Part shown: piece by piece, positions 57,701-64,000 of the stretch
Numbering within the stretch: the first letter of the stretch is position 1
How the letters are laid out: each line of letters opens with the position of its first letter
Source of the DNA: a virus
Strand: one strand, 5' to 3'
IMG/VR virus record: IMGVR_UViG_3300032325_000466
Span: 127,028 to 191,027 of that record
Length of the DNA: 64,000 bases
Notes under the pieces: model-generated
Databases searched by the model: none
The model's input: the letters and a program-made list of their open reading frames with translations, nothing else
What the model was told of the DNA's origin: nothing
Made by a program: the position numbers and the translations under genes

Positions 57701-58311
57701 ATGAAGTAGTTGTTCCAGCATCACATATGATGCTAAGAACATTCTTGCGTAATGATAACATTGCCTTTCCTTGGTTAGCAGCAGCAGGTACCCGTAGAGG
57801 TAATATTGATAATGCACTAAACATTGGTTATCTAAATAGAACAACTGACGAGTTTGTACCAATCAAAACTCGCATTGGCATTCGTGATGTTCTATATACT
57901 AATCAGATTAATCCAATGGTATTCTTTACCGGTGTTGGTCTACTAAACTATGGTAATAAGAATAGTTTCGATTCTACAAGTGCGCTAGACAGAACCAACG
58001 TAGCTCGTTTAGTAAATTACCTTCGTCGTCAACTGACTATTGCAGCTAGACCGTTTGTATTTGAACCAAATGATTCAGTTACTCGTCAATCAATTACAGG
58101 CGTAGTACAGACACTACTGGTTGACTTAGTTGCAAAGCGTGGTATCTATGATTATCTAGTAGTTTGTGATGAATCAAATAACACACCTGCAAGAATTGAT
58201 AGAAATGAGTTATGGATTGACGTTGCAATTGAACCAGTTAAGGCAGCTGAATTCATTTACATTCCAGTTAGAATTCTAAATACTGGCGAGATAGGAAATC
58301 AACCACAATAA
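54754..58311 (+). CDS. Tail sheath protein, enlarged (1185 aa)
   Basis: MALVSPGVEVTIID; C-terminal PWLAAAGTRRG, INP, RTNVARL, FVFEPND, NTPARIDRNEL, AEFIYIP. Confidence 0.96.
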   Translation: MALVSPGVEVTIIDQSQYLPAPTNSVPFILLATAQDKANPNGTGVAAATTAANANKLFLVTSQRDLVSLYGSPFFYSTTNGTPIQGYELNEYGLLAAYSLLGITNRCYVLRADVDLTSLVGQTTRPTGTPPNGTYWLDTTNSTWGIFLFNSTTGRFTQQTPIVITDPDNLSGGVPLTSIGNIGDYAVNAIQVVGYPTNAAEQQFFYKTTDNVWVVLGGADWNLDIPCVQGTNSNPSLTAAQTFTIGMSGIFTATITVPASPNNTVAGVAGVINALDYAGLTAAVVSDKLVIYSNQRVTSGTASLVMTAGGSGTALSDLGITAGTYYQPIVQWGTSAQMPLWTTSQTTPRPTGSVWMKAGSAGNGLNAVVSVFSTATNTFIAKTVSSQTSDWAACANLDATGGQTIPAGTIYGQYSYGGDLPSSPYYLWERLAAGATVITGSVVSPEFTSGPYTLDVEVSVPGSPTLSSVYAISLADNTDATDFVAAWQTAGIPNTTATLNTDGAIVLTHTKGGVIILNDFVDGVSNGLVAAAGFEAGTTTGCKYGPTVTTTFSAVSGTGGAGSAATFNVQSQYGVYTLVGDGVQAGGTGYALGNQIVIDGADLGGVSGANDLTVKVAAQSGGIISAVTIVSGTATQNYSTQLSNWVEFTYIANEGAPSEAPAEDTNWFYSVVDQVDIMVQKNGSWIGYRNTAYDSTGAPAATGSNTTDPAGPIISASSPTTQSDGTTALSYGDLWIDTSDLEVYPVIRRWQSINGEDGWVLIDNTDQISSNGVLFQDARWATSGSVSPVDDPIPSITSLLSSNYLDLDAPNPDLYPQGMLLFNTRRSGYNVKKFKTNYFNAVRFPDESLPAQTSTWLSVSGNQSNGAPFMGRFAQRSMIVESLKASIDTNTDIRDEDNFFNLLATPNYPELQPNMVVLNADRGETGYIIGDTPLGLADSATEIQAWANNTAGATSTGEKGLVTRNTYLGLFYPSGLTNDLSGNEVVVPASHMMLRTFLRNDNIAFPWLAAAGTRRGNIDNALNIGYLNRTTDEFVPIKTRIGIRDVLYTNQINPMVFFTGVGLLNYGNKNSFDSTSALDRTNVARLVNYLRRQLTIAARPFVFEPNDSVTRQSITGVVQTLLVDLVAKRGIYDYLVVCDESNNTPARIDRNELWIDVAIEPVKAAEFIYIPVRILNTGEIGNQPQ

Positions 58312-58340
58312 AAATGATACCCCGAAAGGGGTATCATTTT
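58311..58340 (+). terminator. Intrinsic terminator
   Basis: AAAATGATACCCC-GAAA-GGGGTATCATTTT. Confidence 0.9.
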
Positions 58341-58482
58341 AAAAGATAAATAAGAATATGAAAAATAATTTCTCTATAATTGGATGTTATGTTTATGCAT
58401 ACTTGAGATGTGACGGGGCACCTTATTATATCGGAAATAGAAATAAAAATTTAACGGCCCTAGTGCCACACGGAGAATAATT

Positions 58483-59130
58483 ATGGCCACAGCTAGCCAA
58501 AGTCTTTTTAATATGACCGTTGCATCTGACAATGCAGGCGGAAACCAGGGCTTGTTAATGCCCAAACTACAATATAGATTTAGAGTATTATTTCTAAATT
58601 TTGGTGTTGGTGCTTCTACTACAGAATTAACCAAACAAGTAATAGACATTAATCGTCCTACTCCAACCTTTGCAGAAATTCCATTACAAGTATATAATTC
58701 TACACTATATTTGGCAGGCAAGCATTCTTGGAATGAATTGACAGTTAATCTTAGAGATGATGCACAAAACGCCGTAGCAAAATTGGTTGGCCAACAACTG
58801 CAAAAGCAGATGGATTTCGTTGAGCAAGCCAGTGCTGCAACAGGACAAGACTATAAGTTTCAAACTAATATTGAAATTCTAGACGGCGGAAACGGTACCG
58901 CAGTGCCTCAAGTATTAGAAACTTGGGAATGCTATGGTTGTTTCTTAAAAACAGCTACATACGGTGCATTAAACTACGCTACTAGTGACGCCGTTCAGAT
59001 TCAACTTGCTATTAGATATGATAACGCAATTCAATCACCACTTGGTTCTGGTGTTGGTACTAATATTGGTAGAATCTTAGGTGGTTCAAGTGTTACTGGT
59101 ATTGGTGCTGGTCAAGGCAACCAAGGCTAA
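58483..59130 (+). CDS. Tail tube protein (T4 gp19-like)
   Basis: Follows sheath; KLQYRFRV, YLAGKHSW..LT..LRDD, ETWECYGCF, IRYDNA. Confidence 0.9.
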   Translation: MATASQSLFNMTVASDNAGGNQGLLMPKLQYRFRVLFLNFGVGASTTELTKQVIDINRPTPTFAEIPLQVYNSTLYLAGKHSWNELTVNLRDDAQNAVAKLVGQQLQKQMDFVEQASAATGQDYKFQTNIEILDGGNGTAVPQVLETWECYGCFLKTATYGALNYATSDAVQIQLAIRYDNAIQSPLGSGVGTNIGRILGGSSVTGIGAGQGNQG

Positions 59131-59141
59131 TAACATATAAT

Positions 59142-60362
59142 ATGAGTGGATTCTTTCAAAATCTACTGCAAGATTCTGTAAATCAAATTAAGACCGGTGC
59201 CGGACAAGCTGTTAACAGCTTTTTCGGCAGCGAGTATCTTAGAGATTATACTCATGCAGCAAAAACATTTAGACCAAATGCGTATCAGTACGCACCTAAG
59301 TTTAAATTTCTATTTCATGTTCAATTTGAAATTAACAACAACCTATACCAAACTGAGTTTCCCGAAGGATCTAACTTTGGTTTAGCCGTCAAAACAGTAA
59401 AATTACCAAGTTATCAAATAGACACTGCGACATTGAATCAATACAATCGTAAAAGAATTGTACAAACCAAAATCAAATATGATCCTATTGATATTCAATT
59501 TCATGACGATAATGGTAATATGATTAATAAATTATGGTATAATTATTACACTTATTATTACAAAGATGCTACTCAACCAGTAGTACAACCAAGGGGTAGA
59601 AGTACTCCTGCCCCGCAAGATAATCCAAATGCTACTAGTGTTTTAGTAAATTATAATCTAAGGACTACTTATTCTCCTAAAATAGCGGGCAATGATGATT
59701 GGGGATATATAGGAGAAACATCTGTTCCTGTTACAGAAGCCAATGCTGGTCTAGGACGAACTAAAATACCGTTCTTTAAAAATATAACTATATATGGATT
59801 TAATCAGCATAATTTTATAGCATATACTCTAATAAATCCTGTTATTAGTAGATTTAATCATGATACTTATAGCTATGCCGAAAGCGCCGGGACGATGCAG
59901 AATAGTATGACCATTGAATATGAAACTGTAACATACGCCGAAGGAGCTGTCGATGGATCTAAACCCAGTAATGTAATTACTTCATTTGGTCAAGATGCAA
60001 ACTATGATAGAACTCTAAGCCCTATTTCTAGGCCCGGATCGCAAGCTAATATTTTGGGTCAAGGTGGATTAGTAAATGCGGCCGGCGGTGTGGCACAAGA
60101 TTTAGCAACTGGTAATATATTAGGCGCTATACAAAAATCAGGTGCAGCGTATAATACATTTAAAAATGCTAATTTAAAACAAGTAGTTAGATCCGAAATA
60201 AATAATACACTATACAATGCTACACTGCAATCAATACCTGGAAACCCAAGAAGTGATAGATATTACCCGGCTGCTAGTAGTACTCCTGGCCCCGGATTGG
60301 CAGGTAGCACTGCTGGTACCGGATTGTCTGCCCCACAACCAATACAACCACCTAATAGATAA
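59142..60362 (+). CDS. Tube-fold baseplate/tail-initiation protein (gp48/gp54-like)
   Basis: VKTVKLP, NQYNRKR, YDPI.I.FHDD, MTIEYE. Confidence 0.7.
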   Translation: MSGFFQNLLQDSVNQIKTGAGQAVNSFFGSEYLRDYTHAAKTFRPNAYQYAPKFKFLFHVQFEINNNLYQTEFPEGSNFGLAVKTVKLPSYQIDTATLNQYNRKRIVQTKIKYDPIDIQFHDDNGNMINKLWYNYYTYYYKDATQPVVQPRGRSTPAPQDNPNATSVLVNYNLRTTYSPKIAGNDDWGYIGETSVPVTEANAGLGRTKIPFFKNITIYGFNQHNFIAYTLINPVISRFNHDTYSYAESAGTMQNSMTIEYETVTYAEGAVDGSKPSNVITSFGQDANYDRTLSPISRPGSQANILGQGGLVNAAGGVAQDLATGNILGAIQKSGAAYNTFKNANLKQVVRSEINNTLYNATLQSIPGNPRSDRYYPAASSTPGPGLAGSTAGTGLSAPQPIQPPNR

Positions 60363-60365
60363 ATT

Positions 60366-60725
60366 ATGGCTAGAATAATAGATTCCCGAGCATCACTAGA
60401 TCAAACCGTTAGGATCTTTGATCAATTTTATAATTTTGACTTAGTAGTCAGTGGTAGTGAATATGATATTGTTCACTCTTATTTCATTTCTGTATGCGAA
60501 GCCAAACAAATCGCGGATAATTTTACAGTATATTTGTTTAGGATATCTCAAGAAACTAAAGTTTCGGTACTAGACTTATTAGAAAATATTCAAGGCCGTA
60601 ATCAATTAGAAATGAATGTGTTCATTACTTATTATCTAAATACTTTCAAATCTAAAACAGCACTATATGGTATAGGTGCTATTCCCCAAGCTAATCAATT
60701 TGTAGCAAGAAATGTAGTTCAATAA
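60366..60725 (+). CDS. Hypothetical tail-region protein
   Basis: Coupled ORF in the tail operon. Confidence 0.7.
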   Translation: MARIIDSRASLDQTVRIFDQFYNFDLVVSGSEYDIVHSYFISVCEAKQIADNFTVYLFRISQETKVSVLDLLENIQGRNQLEMNVFITYYLNTFKSKTALYGIGAIPQANQFVARNVVQ

Positions 60726-60726
60726 A

Positions 60727-61164
60727 ATGAGCAAGTGGGCACAAGGCTTATATACAGTAAAGAATGCTGCTAAGTATGTAGGCAAGCGTCAACCAAGATA
60801 TCGCTCAGGTTGGGAACTAACATTTATGACCTTTTGCGACAATAACAATAGTGTTCTATATTGGGCAAGTGAAGCAATAGCCGTCCCTTATAGAAACCCA
60901 CTAACTGGTAAACCCTCAATGTATATCCCTGATTTTTTTGTAGTATATCAAAACAAAACAGGTAAACAAATAGCAGAAATTGTAGAGATAAAGCCAAAAA
61001 AACAAAGTCTTATTGAAAGCAGAACCGCAAGTGCTAGAGATAAAGCAGTAGTAGCAGTAAATCATGCTAAGTGGCAAGCGGCCAGCGCATATTGCAGACA
61101 AAACGGTTATACTTTTCGCGTAATTACTGAAGACGATTTGTTCCGTAATGGTGCTAGAAAATAA
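60727..61164 (+). CDS. Head completion nuclease (T4 gp4, TnsA-like)
   Basis: YRSGWE..FM..CD, WASE...PY.NP, YIPDF, EIKP, NHAKW.AA. Confidence 0.92.
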   Translation: MSKWAQGLYTVKNAAKYVGKRQPRYRSGWELTFMTFCDNNNSVLYWASEAIAVPYRNPLTGKPSMYIPDFFVVYQNKTGKQIAEIVEIKPKKQSLIESRTASARDKAVVAVNHAKWQAASAYCRQNGYTFRVITEDDLFRNGARK

Positions 61165-61199
61165 TTAGCAGTATTGGTCATGCCCAGAATAAATACATT

Positions 61200-61685
61200 A
61201 TGACTAAACGATTGCAAGAACTTTTCAACCTCCCGGACAGTGTAGAATCTGATCTTACTATACCTATACCTGAAAATGCAGAACTAATTACTACAGAAGC
61301 ACTTAGTAATTTAGAAAAAATTGAAAACGCACTACCCCAAGTTAGAGGGTTAGAATCTAGTGATACTGAACTTGATGAATTATCTGAGCTAGCTATCGAT
61401 AGCTTTAAAAATCTTCAAGACTTGGGTATGCAAGTAGAAGCCAGATTTTCTGCTGAATTGTTTAACGCTGCTGGTACTATGCTTGGTCACGCTATCACTG
61501 CTAAAACAGCAAAAATAAACAAAAAGTTAAGAATGATTGAGCTACAGTTGAAAAAAGCTGTGTTAGATCAAAAAGAAGCTCAAAAAGGTAAAGAAATTGA
61601 AAATACCCCACTAGGTGAAGGCAGATCATTAGATAGAAATGAATTACTCAAAATGGCTCAAAATCTAAAGAACAATGATAAATAA
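61200..61685 (+). CDS. Helical late protein, candidate terminase small subunit
   Basis: All-helical, ends DRNELLK as in gp16-like proteins; next to gp4; weak. Confidence 0.35.
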   Translation: MTKRLQELFNLPDSVESDLTIPIPENAELITTEALSNLEKIENALPQVRGLESSDTELDELSELAIDSFKNLQDLGMQVEARFSAELFNAAGTMLGHAITAKTAKINKKLRMIELQLKKAVLDQKEAQKGKEIENTPLGEGRSLDRNELLKMAQNLKNNDK

Positions 61686-61751
61686 ATTGTAGTTCGCGGA
61701 ATTGGCGTTCCCAACTACTCTAATGCTTATATTTCGAAAGGAAGCACCAGC
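61679..61751 (+). promoter_or_regulatory. Late promoter plus structured leader of endonuclease gene (copy B)
   Basis: TAAATA then GTAGTT-CGC-GGAA-TTGGCG-TTCC-C-AACTAC; TGCTT/AAGCA stem over RBS. Confidence 0.65.
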
Positions 61752-62363
61752 ATGACTATTTATCTATACAAGAAAACGCATAACATTACTGGATTGAAGT
61801 ATCTTGGTAAAACTATATCACCAGATCCCCACAAGTACAAAGGATCAGGTGAAATATGGATACCTCATATAAAAAAACATGGGTATGATGTTACAACAGA
61901 AATTCTTAAAGAGTGTCAAACAACTGAAGAACTAAAACATTGGGGATTGTACTATAGTGAGCTATGGGACGTAGTTAATTCTCGTGATTGTAATGGTAGA
62001 AAAATTTGGGCTAATTTAAGGCCTGAATCAGGGGACGGCGGCGCAGTAGTAACCCCTTGGAACAAAGGTATAAAGACGGGTCCTCAATCACCGGAAATAA
62101 AAGAAAAAAGGTCTAAAAGCATGAAGGGTAAACCTGCTCATAATAAAGGTGTACCTAACCCGTCAATATCATTATCTAATAAAAAACGCCTTACTGGAGT
62201 ACCTAGATCAGAAAAGGATAAAGAAGCGATATCCAAAGGTGGAAAAGGTAAAAAAATGGCTACTATTACCTGCCCTCACTGTATGATGACCGGTGGTCGA
62301 GGTAATATGAATCGGTACCATTTTGAAAATTGCAAATATATTACCAAAAAGATAAATACTTAA
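61752..62363 (+). CDS. Seg-like GIY-YIG homing endonuclease
   Basis: IYLYKKTHNITGLKYLGKT, YKGSG, WANLRPESGDGG, PWNKG/PAHNKG NUMOD3-like repeats, CPHC...RYHFENCK. Confidence 0.85.
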   Translation: MTIYLYKKTHNITGLKYLGKTISPDPHKYKGSGEIWIPHIKKHGYDVTTEILKECQTTEELKHWGLYYSELWDVVNSRDCNGRKIWANLRPESGDGGAVVTPWNKGIKTGPQSPEIKEKRSKSMKGKPAHNKGVPNPSISLSNKKRLTGVPRSEKDKEAISKGGKGKKMATITCPHCMMTGGRGNMNRYHFENCKYITKKINT

Positions 62364-62383
62364 TAAGTTTAAAGGCTAACTAA

Positions 62384-63010
62384 ATGAAAAGTTTAAAGCA
62401 TTATATAGTTGAATCTGTTCGCACATACAACTACACCATTAAAATTGCCGGTGAAGTAGATAAGAATTTTATTGAGTTGTTTAAATACAACCTTAATAAG
62501 TTTGATCCAGTTAAAATCAGTGATCCCGTAACAACACCTATTCAAAAAGATCCATATGGTTTTCCTAACTTATCCAATCAGAGTGTTACTATCATTAAAG
62601 CAGAATTTCGTTATCCAACCACTGAACCAATGATTCAACAAACGGTCCAATTACTTGGTTACAATGTGAATATGGTTAGAGTTATTTCCAGTGCTTATGA
62701 TGATAGCATCAACAGTGAAGCAGAAAGTTACGCTAATGAAATGAAGAATAGTCCAGTGCTTACTCATGAAGAAATGGGTGAACAACCTGGTGCTAAAGAA
62801 GCTAGCAAAGCATATGGTGGATCTTATTTGGGAAGTATCAAAGATCAAATGAAGGGATCAACTATTGATATCCCTTATGATGGTAAAAAGACTCCCGCTG
62901 CATTCGACCCGTTCAAACCATATTTAGACGACAAGAAATTGGGTGATAAGAGCCCAATGACTACAATAACACGCCCACCTAAGCCAAAAACTGGCTCGAT
63001 GGCCAAATAA
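62384..63010 (+). CDS. Probable head-associated late protein
   Basis: MKSLKHYIVE|S propeptide-like start; TAAATA upstream. Confidence 0.65.
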   Translation: MKSLKHYIVESVRTYNYTIKIAGEVDKNFIELFKYNLNKFDPVKISDPVTTPIQKDPYGFPNLSNQSVTIIKAEFRYPTTEPMIQQTVQLLGYNVNMVRVISSAYDDSINSEAESYANEMKNSPVLTHEEMGEQPGAKEASKAYGGSYLGSIKDQMKGSTIDIPYDGKKTPAAFDPFKPYLDDKKLGDKSPMTTITRPPKPKTGSMAK

Positions 63011-63023
63011 GAGGATTATTAAA

Positions 63024-64000
63024 ATGGATTTCAAAAAACTATTATCACAGCTAGACCAGTTACATGAAGCCGATGTTAAACACAAAGGCACCTATGGCAC
63101 TTCATACCAAGGTGATGACGATGAAGATGACGACAAAAAAACAGCGCCTGCTCCAACTGAAAAGCGTGGCCGTGGTCGTCCAAAGAAAGCTGGTGGCGCC
63201 GCTGATACTTCAGCCAAATATAGTGGTGCAAAAGATTTGCAATCGATGATAGTTGGTAATGTTCCTAAAGATAGTAAAGAATTAAAAAATCTTCCAAAGA
63301 CTAAAAACAAATTATCCGATGAAGAACCTAAGAAAAAGAAAAGCACTACTGAAAGTCTAAAAGATTGGATAGCTACTATTGATGAGCAGCGTATGTTAGC
63401 AGAAGCTGGCTTAGCTGTACAACCAATTGGTAAGCCAGGTCAAAACTTTCTAATTAAAGATCCTGCAAATCCATCAGCCTCAGCAATCACTACTAGCGAT
63501 CCAGCAGTAGTTGATGCTGCTAAAAAAGGTACATTATCAATGCAGAAGCCAGGTGCAGCACCAGCAACAGGTGCAGGCTCACAAGTTCGTGCTATGCGAG
63601 AAGGTGAGGGTTCAGGTAGTAAAGAAGAATTAGCAAGACGAATTTATGACTTAGGATTCTCGATTCACCGCAACCTTGGTCCAGGTGATCCAAAAGAGTA
63701 CGAGTTACTTGACCAATTAAAAGCTCAATTCGCTCAACAATTCCCAGGTGAAGATCCCTTTAAAATTGGAGGAGAAGCTTCGCGCAAGGCTAGCAGCGCA
63801 GCTGCCGACCTTGCAGCTAGCAAACTTCCAAAACGAATGTTTGGTGGAAATACAAAACCAATGTTTGGTCAACGAAATGAATCTATGCGAGAAGGTGAGG
63901 GTTCAGGTAGTAAAGAAGAATTAGCAAGACGAATTTATGACTTAGGATTCTCGATTCACCGCAACCTTGGTCCAGGTGATCCAAAAGAGTACGAGTTACT
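63024..64000 (+). CDS. Partial late protein with AT-hook and duplicated module (runs off the window)
   Basis: My translation: MDFKKLLSQLDQLHEA...KRGRGRPKK...MREGEGS; no stop before 64000; GAGGA RBS. Confidence 0.85.
   Translation, partial: MDFKKLLSQLDQLHEADVKHKGTYGTSYQGDDDEDDDKKTAPAPTEKRGRGRPKKAGGAADTSAKYSGAKDLQSMIVGNVPKDSKELKNLPKTKNKLSDEEPKKKKSTTESLKDWIATIDEQRMLAEAGLAVQPIGKPGQNFLIKDPANPSASAITTSDPAVVDAAKKGTLSMQKPGAAPATGAGSQVRAMREGEGSGSKEELARRIYDLGFSIHRNLGPGDPKEYELLDQLKAQFAQQFPGEDPFKIGGEASRKASSAAADLAASKLPKRMFGGNTKPMFGQRNESMREGEGSGSKEELARRIYDLGFSIHRNLGPGDPKEYEL
63592..64000 (+). repeat. Exact in-frame direct repeat, period 291 bp
   Basis: 63592 onward equals 63883-64000 (118 bp visible). Confidence 0.92.

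Larger units (their letters stand above)
3569..62358. promoter_or_regulatory. Dispersed T4-like late promoters (core TAAATA, often GATAAATA)
   Basis: Seen just upstream of late genes near 3570, 4374, 6952, 8530, 12701, 34672, 37061, 37586, 38535, 40674, 43897, 44500, 52759, 54692, 58347, 61190, 61679, 62353 and on the minus strand near 31342, 47040, 50560. Confidence 0.85.

Noticed and set aside
58374-58721. Minus-strand 115-aa ORF and AT-rich gap between sheath and tube
   Set aside because: The ORF overlaps the tube gene antisense. The gap holds a terminator, a late promoter and at most a very short remnant (YVYAYLRCDGAPYYIG, GIY-YIG-like, about 58390-58437) that is too short to call a gene, though it may be a decayed endonuclease fragment.
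1-64000. Alternative genetic code (TAG or TGA recoding), common in jumbo phages
   Set aside because: Conserved genes are full length in the standard code, and TAA, TAG and TGA all end genes that abut or overlap the next start.
1-64000. CRISPR array, tRNA genes, diversity-generating retroelement
   Set aside because: I saw no regularly spaced repeat-spacer array, cloverleaf/T-loop motif, reverse transcriptase or adenine-specific TR/VR pair. This was a by-eye scan only; tRNAscan-type searches were not run.

Overview
This window is 64 kb of an AT-rich, standard-code jumbo myophage genome with distant T4-like organisation. The host is probably Gram-negative (i-/o-spanin pair; IscA and BPSL0761-like genes suggest a proteobacterium). 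It encodes nucleotide metabolism (DHFR, ThyA, dNMP kinase, MazG, NUDIX, HAD nucleotidase), replication and recombination (gp32 SSB, UvsX, UvsY, UvsW, gp62-like, primase, DnaB/gp41 helicase, DEDD exonuclease, a miniature DnaE-like protein), large terminase, neck and tail genes (gp13/14/15, enlarged sheath, tube, gp4, fibre plus chaperone) and four free-standing GIY-YIG/Seg-like endonucleases. Sigma70-type early/middle promoters and many TAAATA late promoters are visible. The most unusual signals are: (1) a 1359-aa protein built of about 11 unrelated 54-109-aa modules separated by a recurring MAEG motif whose DNA is conserved even at synonymous sites, with a similar module duplication in the last ORF; (2) a covarying two-hairpin leader shared by exactly the two endonucleases that also share a C-terminal Cys/His domain; (3) an array of near-identical early promoter cassettes whose -35 box supplies the stop codon of the preceding gene; (4) capsid-targeting-like propeptides on several proteins, including a ligase-like nucleotidyltransferase; (5) a 195-aa protein retaining all DnaE catalytic motifs. 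All family assignments come from motif recognition by eye; no database search was run.
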